Shown here: positions 5,572-15,811 of the stretch, one piece after another
How positions within the stretch are numbered: position 1 is the first letter of the stretch
How the letters are laid out: each line of letters opens with the position of its first letter
Virus record (IMG/VR): IMGVR_UViG_3300005077_000033
Location: 1-51,620 of that record
Reading direction: 5' to 3' (one strand)
DNA from: a virus
Lineage: Duplodnaviria; Caudoviricetes
Length of the DNA: 51,620 bases
The notes under the pieces: generated by a model
Told to the model about the DNA's origin: nothing
Database searches by the model: none
The model's input: the letters and a program-made list of their open reading frames with translations, nothing else
Position numbers and translations under genes: made by a program

Positions 5572-7176
5572 ATGTGCAGAGAGGCATTTGTCGAGGACGG
5601 GAAAGTAAGGGTTACTTTCAAATACAATCCCTCCATTATCGACAAGGTAAAAACCATCAGCGGCAGAAAGTATAATACAGTCCCCTACAAGCATTGGACC
5701 GTGCCATTTTCCCCTTGGCATTGCGAACAGCTTGTGTCACTGCTCTCACCTTTTGAGTTTCAATTCGATCAGAAGGTCCTTGACTGCGCCGCTTCCGCTG
5801 AAGACATGAAGAAGAGGGCAGTTCGTACTTCTTCTAAAAAACGAATGGGAAAGCTGCGCAAATATCAGGTAGCTGGAGTAGAGTTCATGGAAGCATCTCA
5901 GGGTCTGTGTCTGAACTGTGACCAAATGGGTCTCGGTAAGACTGCACAGGCACTGACGTATGCAAAGCGACAGGATGACATCGAAAAGATACTGGTCGTA
6001 TGTCCTGCTTCCGTGCTGTATAACTGGGGCATGGAAGTAGAGAAGTGGACCAATTACACGTGGTCGGTTGTTGGTTCTTCAAAGGAACCTATTCCCCCCT
6101 CCACTGTTGTCATTGTGTCCTATACCATCGCCACCCTTAGAGGAAATGAGATTAGGGAAGAACTTCAGCCCGATCTTATTATCTTTGATGAATTTCATTA
6201 CATCAAAAATCCCAAAGCCAAGCGAACACGGGCGGCGAAACTGTACGCCTTGTCCGCTCCACATGTTATAGGGCTGAGTGGCACACCTATGCTCAGCCGT
6301 CCCTACGAAATGCTGAACATGCTTCAGATTATTCAGCCGGGAAGCTGGGATACTACGGAGTATGCGTTTCGGTATTGTGACGGCTGGAATACAGGCAGAT
6401 GGGCTGGTGGTGCAACAAACACAGAAGAGCTGGCAGACAGGTTGAAGACTGTAATGATTCGTAGGACAAAAGATGAAGTAGATTTGCCTGACTTGACCAG
6501 AGTGTATGTTCCTGTAGATATTAATCTGGAGGAATACAATAAAGTAGCTCGTGAGGTTGCGGCGGCTATTCGAAAGCTCAGTCCTTCCCATAAGGGATAT
6601 TATGTAAACGCATTGGACAAGCTGAACATGCTCAGGCAGGTACTGGGTCAAGAGAAGATGGTTGTTGCGATGGACTGGATTACGAACTTCCTTGATTCGC
6701 AGGAAGAAAATACAAAGCTGGTGATCTATGCTCACCATAACTTTGTAGTAGAGAAACTCCGGTCTGTCCTTGGCAAGTACGGGGTCACCTCCATCACCGG
6801 GGATGTTCCCGCAAAGGAACGCATGAACAGGGTACGTCGGTTTCAGCAGAAAGGCGGACCACGGGTCATGATTATCACGTCCGCCGGTGGAGAGGGTATC
6901 AATCTATATGGAGAGGATGGGGTAGATGCAAGCTCAGTCCTTTTTATAGAACGGCAGTGGACACCTGCGGCAGAAGAACAGGCAGAGTCCAGACTGCACC
7001 GCATGGGACAGAAGAACGCTGTTAGTGCCTACTATCTGATAGCAAAAAACACGGTGGATGAAACTATCAATCAGTTAATCGACCAGAAAAGGAGAGTGAT
7101 AGATGAAGTAGTCGGGACGGAAGACTCAGAAATTTCAATCGTGAAGGGTTTACTATCTTTGATCACAGGAGACTAA
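5572..7176 (+). CDS. SNF2/SMARCAL1-like helicase
   Basis: DQMGLGKT, DEFH, LSGTP, EGINL, QAESRLHRMGQ; HARP-like N-terminus. Confidence 0.92.
   Translation: MCREAFVEDGKVRVTFKYNPSIIDKVKTISGRKYNTVPYKHWTVPFSPWHCEQLVSLLSPFEFQFDQKVLDCAASAEDMKKRAVRTSSKKRMGKLRKYQVAGVEFMEASQGLCLNCDQMGLGKTAQALTYAKRQDDIEKILVVCPASVLYNWGMEVEKWTNYTWSVVGSSKEPIPPSTVVIVSYTIATLRGNEIREELQPDLIIFDEFHYIKNPKAKRTRAAKLYALSAPHVIGLSGTPMLSRPYEMLNMLQIIQPGSWDTTEYAFRYCDGWNTGRWAGGATNTEELADRLKTVMIRRTKDEVDLPDLTRVYVPVDINLEEYNKVAREVAAAIRKLSPSHKGYYVNALDKLNMLRQVLGQEKMVVAMDWITNFLDSQEENTKLVIYAHHNFVVEKLRSVLGKYGVTSITGDVPAKERMNRVRRFQQKGGPRVMIITSAGGEGINLYGEDGVDASSVLFIERQWTPAAEEQAESRLHRMGQKNAVSAYYLIAKNTVDETINQLIDQKRRVIDEVVGTEDSEISIVKGLLSLITGD
5603..5617. 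promoter_or_regulatory. Palindromic site AAGTAA-GGG-TTACTT (copy 3, intragenic)
   Basis: Exact consensus match inside the 5' end of the helicase gene. Confidence 0.6.
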
Positions 7177-7177
7177 A

Positions 7178-7570
7178 ATGAACGTGTACTATCGGACGGC
7201 AGGGGATTCAACCTTTGTTATGCTGGGGTATCTGTATGGACTGTCCCGCCGAAAGCCCGGAGATTCGTATAACAGAACCCGAGGTATCATCGTTGCCTTA
7301 CTCAATGCCAAGCCGTCCTCGCACCTCAACAAGACAGAGAAGAAAGCCATGCTGGAGATTACAATGCGGAATGGTCAGGGAAAGTATTTCGAGATTGGCG
7401 ATCAGGAAGTTGCTGACCTGCTTCATGCACGGTGGCGATTTACCTGCGCAGAGAAAAGTCCGAACCGGGGGGTTTCCCTCGGTGTCGTTGCTTCCGAGAT
7501 TGCATCAGAACTTGAACCGCTTTGGGAGGGTATTGTTCGTGGGGAAACACAGAGTATATCTGAGGCTTGA
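7178..7570 (+). CDS. Hypothetical protein
   Basis: AGGAG RBS; immediately follows the helicase. Confidence 0.65.
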   Translation: MNVYYRTAGDSTFVMLGYLYGLSRRKPGDSYNRTRGIIVALLNAKPSSHLNKTEKKAMLEITMRNGQGKYFEIGDQEVADLLHARWRFTCAEKSPNRGVSLGVVASEIASELEPLWEGIVRGETQSISEA

Positions 7571-8402
7571 ACAACTGAAAACAGACCCGTCACAATACAA
7601 AATATTTGATGCGGCTTTGGGGTCTGATCCGGATCGTCCGGTATTTGTTGGGGTAGAGGTTGACGAGTCGAACGTTATTCGTGCCGACTCAGTCGAACGG
7701 GGACCGCAGGGCTTAGGGACTGTGAAGGTGCTACAGTCTTGTGTAAAGATTGAGTCGGAAGAAGGGAAGATTTACGAGATTGCCCACGACAAGGTAGCCG
7801 AGGGAGTCGTGGTTGCCAATGGTTCCGACATTTCCTTCAGCCTCTCTACCAACGGAGATTGGTTATACAATCTCCGTCCGGCGAACGGTTCTTTCTTTGC
7901 GAAATTCGTTGGGTTCACAAAGAAAAAGGATGATCCTATTCCTGTTCCCAAGCTGGCTAAAGGCGGACCTCGAACATCGAGAGATGGTAAGTCTTACTTT
8001 GTTCCTGATCGCTGGCAATTTACCGCCATTCATGAGATCATCAACGGGAACTTTGCCGGGGCGCAGTATGTTCAGTCGCTGGACTACGCGTTCAGGGAAG
8101 CTGACAATGGGAATACCATTCTGGTTGTGTCTGGTGGTCGTACCCAAAGGGTAGAGAAGTTCCTTGATGTGGTGTCCGGCGGAAGTAACTACGATATTCC
8201 GTATTCGGACAATATCCTTCCCGATCTGGAAGCCATTCTCCTGAAGAAGGGTGCGGTCTATCAGATTATTGTGGAGAAGGGCTGGGTCAATGGGATCAAC
8301 CTTTTGCCTGAAGGCATCACCAAAGAGATGCTCACTGCCGCAAAGAAACCAGCCGCCAAGTCTACCACGAAGAAAGCTACCAGCAAGAAAAAGGATTCGT
8401 AA
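7539..8402 (+). CDS. Hypothetical replication protein (possibly ssDNA-binding) with Lys-rich tail
   Basis: Long ORF; GTG 7539 after GGAGG is the likeliest start (uncertain); lies before the primase; ends AAKKPAAKSTTKKATSKKKDS. Confidence 0.6.
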   Translation: MGKHRVYLRLEQLKTDPSQYKIFDAALGSDPDRPVFVGVEVDESNVIRADSVERGPQGLGTVKVLQSCVKIESEEGKIYEIAHDKVAEGVVVANGSDISFSLSTNGDWLYNLRPANGSFFAKFVGFTKKKDDPIPVPKLAKGGPRTSRDGKSYFVPDRWQFTAIHEIINGNFAGAQYVQSLDYAFREADNGNTILVVSGGRTQRVEKFLDVVSGGSNYDIPYSDNILPDLEAILLKKGAVYQIIVEKGWVNGINLLPEGITKEMLTAAKKPAAKSTTKKATSKKKDS

Positions 8403-9265
8403 TGCGCATAACACTGGATGATATTGCTGACAAGGCACAGGGAGCCAGAAGGTATGACAAGTACCTTGCGATCATCTGCCCCTTTCATGAGGACAACAAG
8501 CCCTCTATGATGGTGTATGAGGATGGGTGGTATAACTGTCTGGCTTGTGGTGCCAAAGGTAGATTGTCCAGTCTGTATGATGTTCTGGCAAAGGGAGGGC
8601 AGAGACGATACCACGTGGAGAATAGGTATCCTTCTCTGCCCCACCTTCCTGAAGGGGAAGAAGAACGGGCTGACCTTTTTTGGTCGGCTCATTATCTTCT
8701 CACTCAGAACGCGGGACTGGAGTGGTACTTGCGAATGAGGGGGGTGGAAGGTCGGATTGAGGTGTGCAAGCTGGGTTGGTATGATGGGTGGTACACGGTG
8801 CCTGTTACCAACAGAGAAGGAAATATAAAGGGAGGAGTCCTGCGGGCTGGGTCAGCCACCGAGAAGGCTACAGGATACAGGTACTACATCCCTGCTGGTC
8901 AGCCGACACTGATGTACTGTCCCAATTGGAACATGCTCGAACGTAGAAAGACTCTTGCTGTAGTCTATGGAATATTTGATGCTCTTGTTCTCAGTGACCT
9001 TGGGTATGCCGTCGTCACTACGTCAGGAGGGAAGCATACCTTTGACCCTGAGTGGCTGGACTTCTGGAGAAAGCCTATACTGGTCATCCCGGACAAAGGG
9101 GAAGAAGATACAGCAAAGATGTTGGTTTCGAAATTGGACTGGAGGGGAAAGGTTCATTACATGAAGTATAAGGATGGGCTGAAAGACCCTGCGGATTACG
9201 TAAAGGAGACAGTAGGATGCCGAGAGGATTTAGTAAAAGAACTCGATCCCCTTCTGGGGGGCTAA
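8402..9265 (+). CDS. DNA primase (CHC2 zinc finger + TOPRIM)
   Basis: CPFHEDNKPS...CLACG; GIFDAL, PDKGE, KDPAD. Confidence 0.88.
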   Translation: MRITLDDIADKAQGARRYDKYLAIICPFHEDNKPSMMVYEDGWYNCLACGAKGRLSSLYDVLAKGGQRRYHVENRYPSLPHLPEGEEERADLFWSAHYLLTQNAGLEWYLRMRGVEGRIEVCKLGWYDGWYTVPVTNREGNIKGGVLRAGSATEKATGYRYYIPAGQPTLMYCPNWNMLERRKTLAVVYGIFDALVLSDLGYAVVTTSGGKHTFDPEWLDFWRKPILVIPDKGEEDTAKMLVSKLDWRGKVHYMKYKDGLKDPADYVKETVGCREDLVKELDPLLGG

Positions 9266-9483
9266 TCTGCCAAGAGTGCGGAGCTGAGAAGGCAAAGGTA
9301 GTCTACGGTTCGACCTCACTCATGAGGGAACTGACCGGACATCCTCATGCGAACGCTTATCTGTGTGACAAATGTTATGAAAGGATGATACATGGAAGAG
9401 TTACTGATAAACCCGCGGAAGTCGAAGTTTCTGAAGATGGCATTGTTGCTCAAATCTTTGACTCGGTGTGGGGTAATGTATGA
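9217..9483 (+). CDS. Small zinc-finger protein
   Basis: CQEC...CDKC; within the operon. Confidence 0.55.
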   Translation: MPRGFSKRTRSPSGGLICQECGAEKAKVVYGSTSLMRELTGHPHANAYLCDKCYERMIHGRVTDKPAEVEVSEDGIVAQIFDSVWGNV

Positions 9484-9589
9484 TGTGGCGGGGAATGGAG
9501 AGTGCGTAATTTGCGGCGGAACTAAACACAAGCACAGGGATGATTGCCTTGTGGGATGGTGGGAAGATGAACTGGATCGGGATAAGTGA
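9476..9589 (+). CDS. Small Cys/His-rich protein
   Basis: MYDVAGNGECVICGGTKHKHRDDC; fills the gap with overlapping start/stop. Confidence 0.4.
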   Translation: MYDVAGNGECVICGGTKHKHRDDCLVGWWEDELDRDK

Positions 9590-10739
9590 GGTCGTAGTAG
9601 GAAAAGTTCTACAAGGCAAGTACGCCCCCGGTGCTGTGGATGTGCTGAAGATTGCCCCGCCATACGATCAGATTATATTGGTCATGCGGGATGGTGGACA
9701 GGAAGAAGATGTTATTGAAAAGGTAGGATGGGATGCCTATAACTCTTGCTATGAAGCTGCGGCGAGAGTGAATGGGGCACCTGTCGATTACATAGAGATT
9801 ATGGAAAGAGCCGCCTCCAGAGCGGAAGCGGCTTCCCTTATAGAGCCTGAAGTACGTAAGCTCCAGCGAGGGGAAGAAGGAAACCCTGCTCGCATTAAGG
9901 CTGGGCTGGAACTGCTGCAAAATAAACAGAATATCTTCACCCGGATTAGTGACGTAGAATCAAATGATGTAGTATGGAAACCTACGTACTACCCACCATT
10001 GGATGAAGCAACGGGAGGGATCGTAAGTCCCGGCATGGTTGTGATTGGTGGACCTCCGGGAACAGGGAAGACCACATTTTTCTTGCAGCTGGCTAAGGCG
10101 GCTACACTTGCAGGGAAAAAGATTGCGTTCTTTAGTCTGGAAATGACGAACGCTCAAATAGCCTTCAGGCTCACTGAGATTGATCCCAAGTACCCTAAAG
10201 CGGCTCAGAAGAATTTCCTGATTACTGATGGAGTGTGGACAGTGGATGAAATATCCGCCCACCTTACTCGACTTGCCGCGGCGGAGGATATTTATTTTGC
10301 CGGAGTGGACTTTGCTGATCTTGTGGTAGGAGGCAGAACGTATCAGAATCAGGTAGCCTATGTTGATTATCTTTATAGACAGCTGGCTACTACATCCAAA
10401 GAGACCGGGGTTCCTCTGTTCGTTCTGTCTCAGCTGAATGAGAAGTATGTAGGGGATCGACCAAGGGTCAATCATCTGAGAGGTTCCAGAATGATTGAGG
10501 CAGTGGCTACTGAGATATTACTGCTCTACAATCCAGACAGGATTGATGTCAATCAGGGACAAGGCAAGCTGGACAATGCCCTGCCTTGGATGGAAGATAC
10601 AGCGTATATCATACAAGGAAAGAGTCGGTTCGGATACAAGCAAGGGGGTGTAGGGGCTATTCGTGTGAGGTGGGAAGGGAAACTTGGAGGGCAGTGGGGA
10701 TCGAAAAAGTGGGATTGGGTCCCTCTTGCCGGATCATAA
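9567..10739 (+). CDS. DnaB-like replicative helicase
   Basis: GPPGTGKT, FSLEM, LSQLN, LRGS, KSRFG. Confidence 0.9.
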   Translation: MNWIGISEVVVGKVLQGKYAPGAVDVLKIAPPYDQIILVMRDGGQEEDVIEKVGWDAYNSCYEAAARVNGAPVDYIEIMERAASRAEAASLIEPEVRKLQRGEEGNPARIKAGLELLQNKQNIFTRISDVESNDVVWKPTYYPPLDEATGGIVSPGMVVIGGPPGTGKTTFFLQLAKAATLAGKKIAFFSLEMTNAQIAFRLTEIDPKYPKAAQKNFLITDGVWTVDEISAHLTRLAAAEDIYFAGVDFADLVVGGRTYQNQVAYVDYLYRQLATTSKETGVPLFVLSQLNEKYVGDRPRVNHLRGSRMIEAVATEILLLYNPDRIDVNQGQGKLDNALPWMEDTAYIIQGKSRFGYKQGGVGAIRVRWEGKLGGQWGSKKWDWVPLAGS

Positions 10740-10749
10740 GGAGAATAAA

Positions 10750-10968
10750 ATGGAACGGAATCGGTACTGGGTTGAGGTTCGTCCTCCGAGGGGCGGAGAG
10801 AAAATGAGAGGGGAATTGGAGGTCTGGATTGTGGTGGATGCGGTTACTTCCATCACTGGATGTCGCGTGCATGACGCAGTATTCATTCGTCCACTGTCCA
10901 CAGCGACAGACATGGATTCATACTATGTCCACGTGAGTGACATAGTTGGAAAGGAAGAACCGAAATGA
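10750..10968 (+). CDS. Hypothetical protein
   Basis: AAGGAG RBS before ATG 10750. Confidence 0.6.
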   Translation: MERNRYWVEVRPPRGGEKMRGELEVWIVVDAVTSITGCRVHDAVFIRPLSTATDMDSYYVHVSDIVGKEEPK

Positions 10969-12674
10969 AGATCGTAAGGAGGGTGCCTCCTGTGGTAGGG
11001 AAAGATCAGGTGGTAGCTCTTGACATAGAGGTGTATGGTCAGGAGAACAACCGACTGCATCGACCTACTGGCACTTTTGCCTGTCTATCTGTGTGCATTG
11101 TGGGGCAGACTACGGTCTATCAGATTACAGATACAGCTGATCTCAAAGAGCTGGTCAAAAATCTGCGGTTGGCAAAGCACTGGGTTTTCCATAATGCCCT
11201 GTATGATATTCGACAGTTACGACGGTGGGTGAAGATACCAGAAGTCCACCTGTGGGATACCATGCTGGTAGAGCGGCACCTGTTCGGAGGGTATTACGAC
11301 TTCTTCAGCCTGTCTGCATTGGTGCGGCGATGGTTGGCTGTCCCTATGGCAAAGGAAACCAGAGAGGAATTTATTACTGAGACTGTTATGAGTCCAGAGA
11401 TGGCACAGTACGCTGCGCTGGATGCCATGCTGACAGCTCAGGTGTACCAGAAGCAGGTGGAGTACATAAAAACTGATGATGTAGATATGACAAGCTATGA
11501 GATAGATCAGGATGCTGTGTGGGCTATCCTCGCCATGCCGCCGGTAAAGGTAGACAGTGCCGCATGGATGCGACAGGTAGCTACCTTTGAGACAGAGAGT
11601 GACAGATTGGAATCTGAACTTGGGTTCAACTCAAAGTCTCCGGTCAAGGTAAGGGAAGCGATCAATGCCCTGCTTCCTAGGAAAGAACACATCACGTCCA
11701 CATCAAAGAGCAAGGTACTGGAGCCATTTGTCACAAAGTATGCCGACAAGTACCCAGATGCTGTTGCTCTTGTGAATAATATCATCACGTCTCGCAGGTA
11801 TCGTGACGCTTGCAGTAAGTACGGCAGGGACTGGGTAGCAAAGTATGTAGAGAAAGACGATCTGGTATATCCGAACTGGAAGGTTACGGGTGCAGAGACT
11901 GGTCGAATGAGTTGCGATGACCCGAACCTCCAGCAGATACCATCCAGAGACCTCCCTGTTTACCGAACCTTCTTTGTGCCTAGGGCTGAAGATAGAGTGA
12001 TGCTGGTTGCTGACGTCAGTCAACAGGAACCGCGCATCCTTGGGTGGTACAGCAAGGATAAACGTCTGCTGGATTCTATCTATGCAAATGCCGACCTCCA
12101 TCTGGATGTAACAAGGGCAGTGTTTCACGATGAGACTTTGACGAAGAAGTCCCCCCTCCGCCGAGTAGGAAAGGCAATCAATCTGGGGCTGGGGTATGGT
12201 CTTACTTCTTTCGGTCTTGCCCGTAACTTGGGTATATCTGAGGAAGAAGCCGAGAGACATATTCGTGCATACATGTTGAAGTTCAGGGGCGTAGCCAGCT
12301 GGCAGAGTAGCCAGAAGCGGCAGGGTTTCCTGCTAGAGTATGTGCGCACTGCTGCCGGGCGCAGGGTGTGGATCAATCGGTACGCAGGTGACTGGGAGAA
12401 CACTACCATCAATGCGCCCATTCAGGGTACAGCCGCTGAACATACAAAGCAGGCACTGTCCCTGCTGTATAAGGAATGTAAGAAGCGGAAGATTGAGTTC
12501 CCTGTGGTTCTCATTATTCACGATGAGTTTGTTTTGGATATTCCCAAAGATATGATTGAGGTGTATACTGAGCTGGTAAATAAGGCGTTCATTGATTCAG
12601 GTGCCCTGCTGGTGGGCGACATTCCGATGGTCGTGAATACGGACACCGGGGAAAGCTGGGGAGCAAAGGAATGA
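10965..12674 (+). CDS. polA: Family A DNA polymerase with 3'-5' exonuclease
   Basis: DIE, HNALYD, YAALDA; TGRMSCDDPNLQQIP, DVSQQEPR, KAINLGLGYG, NAPIQGTAA, IHDE. Confidence 0.95.
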   Translation: MKIVRRVPPVVGKDQVVALDIEVYGQENNRLHRPTGTFACLSVCIVGQTTVYQITDTADLKELVKNLRLAKHWVFHNALYDIRQLRRWVKIPEVHLWDTMLVERHLFGGYYDFFSLSALVRRWLAVPMAKETREEFITETVMSPEMAQYAALDAMLTAQVYQKQVEYIKTDDVDMTSYEIDQDAVWAILAMPPVKVDSAAWMRQVATFETESDRLESELGFNSKSPVKVREAINALLPRKEHITSTSKSKVLEPFVTKYADKYPDAVALVNNIITSRRYRDACSKYGRDWVAKYVEKDDLVYPNWKVTGAETGRMSCDDPNLQQIPSRDLPVYRTFFVPRAEDRVMLVADVSQQEPRILGWYSKDKRLLDSIYANADLHLDVTRAVFHDETLTKKSPLRRVGKAINLGLGYGLTSFGLARNLGISEEEAERHIRAYMLKFRGVASWQSSQKRQGFLLEYVRTAAGRRVWINRYAGDWENTTINAPIQGTAAEHTKQALSLLYKECKKRKIEFPVVLIIHDEFVLDIPKDMIEVYTELVNKAFIDSGALLVGDIPMVVNTDTGESWGAKE

Positions 12675-13300
12675 CAACACAGCGAGAGACCAGTCGCATG
12701 ATAGGGGACAGGAATGTAGCCGATTTCGTGGCAAGGGGAGACTCTTATGAGACCCCTGTAGAAGCCTTGTATTCTTTTTTGGCTGCCCACACGGTACAGC
12801 ACGCAAAGTACTGGGAGTGCGCTTGCGGGAATGGGGCAATCGCAAAGCACCTGTCCCATGTATATGGTAGTCATAATGTAATCGCTACCGACCTGAATGA
12901 CTGGGGGTACGGGACAACTGGAGTAGATTATCTCACGACCCCTGTCCCGGAAGGGGTGCGAACAATCATAACGAATCCTCCGTACTCTCTGATGAATGAG
13001 TTCATAGAGAAGGCTTTGATTGACATAACGGCAGGGGTAAACCTTGTATACTTCCTTGCACCTATCCGGTATCTGTCCAGCCTCGGAAGGCTACCCTATT
13101 TTCGTGGTCCTCGGTTTCATGGGGTCAACATCTTTTCTCGCAGGTTGCCAAGGATGCACGCTTTGGAGTACACAGGCAAGAAGTCCTCGTCTATGATAGA
13201 TTTCGCTTGGTTCATCTTTTCCAATCGAGACGGAGGTCGGGCTACAGTGTCTTTTATTGACTGGAAGGAATGGGAACCGGAAGGAGATCAGGATGAGTAG
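12671..13300 (+). CDS. DNA amino-methyltransferase (probably m6A)
   Basis: YETP, WECACGNGAI SAM-binding motif, ITNPPY. Confidence 0.85.
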   Translation: MTTQRETSRMIGDRNVADFVARGDSYETPVEALYSFLAAHTVQHAKYWECACGNGAIAKHLSHVYGSHNVIATDLNDWGYGTTGVDYLTTPVPEGVRTIITNPPYSLMNEFIEKALIDITAGVNLVYFLAPIRYLSSLGRLPYFRGPRFHGVNIFSRRLPRMHALEYTGKKSSSMIDFAWFIFSNRDGGRATVSFIDWKEWEPEGDQDE

Positions 13301-13832
13301 GGTAAAGTGTCCGGTATGTAACAGGCTATTGTTGGTTGAGCCGTTCGGTCCTTCCGATTCTCCGTGCCTTGTCGTAGAAGATGAACCAGATTCCGATGAA
13401 ACAAAAACCGGACGATTCTGGGAGAACGGGGGCGGGGAAGTTCTGAAGAAGGAATTGCAGGTTCTTGGTATTCGGTTTATTGACATGCGATACACTGCTG
13501 TATACCTTCACGCTTCCGCCAACATGGACCAGAGAGACCTAGACTGGCACCAGAAGCAGCTACTCAAAGAGATGGTTGGGCGCAAAGCCATGCTTCTTAT
13601 TGGTTCGACTACCTCGGAGGTACTTCTCGGAGGGAAGATCAGTGATTATTCGTGTGTGGATGTTACCCATCTGCTGAAGTTGCGGTTCCCGCCATATACG
13701 AAAGAATTGGAGGTTGCAATTGCCTGCTTTAATCCGACTATGGCTACGTATCGTGGCAGTTCGATTGGTGAAATTCGTCTTGCTCTTACTCGCTTCGCTG
13801 AGAGGACAAGGGAAATAAGGAGAAGGGAATGA
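13293..13832 (+). CDS. Uracil-DNA glycosylase-like protein (degenerate family 4 type)
   Basis: GPSDSPCLVVEDEPDSDETKTGRFWENGGG resembles the GEAPG..E...G.PF.G..G motif; FNP where HP is usual. Confidence 0.6.
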   Translation: MSRVKCPVCNRLLLVEPFGPSDSPCLVVEDEPDSDETKTGRFWENGGGEVLKKELQVLGIRFIDMRYTAVYLHASANMDQRDLDWHQKQLLKEMVGRKAMLLIGSTTSEVLLGGKISDYSCVDVTHLLKLRFPPYTKELEVAIACFNPTMATYRGSSIGEIRLALTRFAERTREIRRRE

Positions 13833-14077
13833 AACTGTTTATATATACAGTGACTGTGGAGTTCGTCACTAAGCGGGGAGATGTGACGACTTCCGAATAC
13901 CAGATAATTGCCCCGACTTTTGAGGCGGCAATTCATGAAACCACAAACAAGCTGAAAGGCAGGGCAATTGCTGTTATTGAAACTCTGGATGTATTACACG
14001 TTGAGCGAACTCCCTTCACTGCAAAGGTTGCGGAGTGTGCTGTTGAAATGATTAAGGAGGAAACTTATGCCGAGTGA
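13829..14077 (+). CDS. Hypothetical protein
   Basis: ATGA overlap, operon context. Confidence 0.6.
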   Translation: MKLFIYTVTVEFVTKRGDVTTSEYQIIAPTFEAAIHETTNKLKGRAIAVIETLDVLHVERTPFTAKVAECAVEMIKEETYAE

Positions 14078-14747
14078 TTTGACCCCACTGGATCAGGAAG
14101 TCCATCTGCTTCCTGCCGAACTGCTTGTATTGGATAAAGTCGATGAAACAATAACCAAGTCTCTGGCGGCTGGTGACCCGAACATCGCTTTCGGTCTTAT
14201 CAATGCCCTGCGCAGGAGTACGCAGGTGGCTGGCATCTCTGCCGCAAAGCTGTTCTCAAAGATGAAGGATGTGTGGGATGTTTTCGCCACTGACGAAACC
14301 TTTGAGGATTACGCTTCTGCTGAGACGGGCTATTCTCCTCAGACGATACGTAAATACTGTGATGCTTGGGAGTACGTCATCAACAATGATGACGTACCTG
14401 AAAAGCTGCGGTCCAGAATGTTCGGCAAAACATGGGGTTCCATCCTGTTGATGGCACCTGCCGCCAAAGCAGACGAACTTACTACCGAGGTATGGGAGGA
14501 ACTGGCGGCGGCACCGGACAAGGCAACGGTACGGAACATCATTCACGAAGTTAGAGGCAATCGCACCAGCAGCAACACCGCTATCAAGTTGTTCCTGTAC
14601 ACTCGCGGGGATAACAAGGGACAGCTGGTGGCTTCGAAAGAGGACAAGATGTATCCGATTGGGTATCTTGATTTGGATTCTGCGGATACGGTTGTCGTTG
14701 CTGCAATCACCCGTATTATGGGTGCGGCTGGGGTGCTGGAGATATGA
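14067..14747 (+). CDS. Hypothetical protein, possible helix-turn-helix
   Basis: AAGGAGG RBS; FEDYASAETGYSPQTIRKY. Confidence 0.7.
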   Translation: MPSDLTPLDQEVHLLPAELLVLDKVDETITKSLAAGDPNIAFGLINALRRSTQVAGISAAKLFSKMKDVWDVFATDETFEDYASAETGYSPQTIRKYCDAWEYVINNDDVPEKLRSRMFGKTWGSILLMAPAAKADELTTEVWEELAAAPDKATVRNIIHEVRGNRTSSNTAIKLFLYTRGDNKGQLVASKEDKMYPIGYLDLDSADTVVVAAITRIMGAAGVLEI

Positions 14748-15811
14748 GCGAGATACGGCTTATCATGGGAAGGGACATAGGACATACACGAATCCCCCTC
14801 AATCTGTGGAGCCTTGATCTTGCTATTGGTTTCCGGGATGAGATAGGTCTCTTGCTTCCCGGCATTTTTGAGATATACGGAGATGAACACTCCGGGAAGT
14901 CTACCTTGTCCCTCTACGCTGCCGGAAGGGTAGCCGGAGAGGGGAAGATCATGGTTGCCGATCTGGAATCTGGGTGGCAGGATGGTCCCCATATCAGAAA
15001 CAATCTGGAGAAGTCAGGGTTCACGGGCACCGTTCAGATTATTGATCACGTACAGGAAAAAAGAGGGAAGAAGCTGGAAGTCCGACCTCACCGTCTCATT
15101 CTACAGGAAGGGGTAGATTCCCTGCTGGAGGATGCCAATGCCTTTGTGGTGGACAGTATTGGAATGTATGCGTCACAGGCAGAGATTGAGGATGACATAG
15201 GGGCGGCTAATTGGGGCAAGCGGGGAAAGGACATGGCTCAGTTTTCCCGCCGGGCTTTGAATAACCTGCGGTTTGCCTCAGTAGAGGACCCCAACAAGGC
15301 AGTATTCCTTGTCAACCATAAGTATGAAGCGATGGGCGGCATGGGTCACACTACCCCCGGTGGGTCGGCTAAGAACTTTGCTGCCTCTACTCGCCTGTGG
15401 ATGTACCGCAAAGATAATAGTTTCGATTACGGTGCGTTTCAGGCTGAGATACGGGTACAGAAGCTGAGGGTAGGGGGAAAGAACCCGGACATGAGAGGGG
15501 CAGTGTTCATCATTCCGGGCATAGGTGTGTCGCCGGAGATGACGGCGGTAATTGACTGCGTAAAGTTCGGTCTTGCAGAACGTGCGAGTACCGTGAAACT
15601 GGAGGTAGTAAATGAAAAAACAGGGGAAGTAGAGACCAAGAGCATGGGTCGCATCAATGAGCTGGTGAAGAAGGTAATTGACGGGGACGTCGATGAATTT
15701 ACCCCCTTCTTCGATGCTCTTGTCCTTCATGCGAAACAGAGAGCTGAAACTTTTACAGCAGAAAGGATTGATAATGAGGAAGATGAGGCTGTCCCCGACA
15801 GCGATGAATAG
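14744..15811 (+). CDS. recA: RecA-like recombinase
   Basis: EIYGDEHSGKST, DLE, VVDSI, TTPGGSAKNFAASTRL. Confidence 0.88.
   Translation: MSEIRLIMGRDIGHTRIPLNLWSLDLAIGFRDEIGLLLPGIFEIYGDEHSGKSTLSLYAAGRVAGEGKIMVADLESGWQDGPHIRNNLEKSGFTGTVQIIDHVQEKRGKKLEVRPHRLILQEGVDSLLEDANAFVVDSIGMYASQAEIEDDIGAANWGKRGKDMAQFSRRALNNLRFASVEDPNKAVFLVNHKYEAMGGMGHTTPGGSAKNFAASTRLWMYRKDNSFDYGAFQAEIRVQKLRVGGKNPDMRGAVFIIPGIGVSPEMTAVIDCVKFGLAERASTVKLEVVNEKTGEVETKSMGRINELVKKVIDGDVDEFTPFFDALVLHAKQRAETFTAERIDNEEDEAVPDSDE

Noticed and set aside
7215-7538. Long N-terminal extension of the 7215-8402 ORF
   Set aside because: Overlaps the RBS-supported 7178-7570 gene; a later GTG start is more plausible
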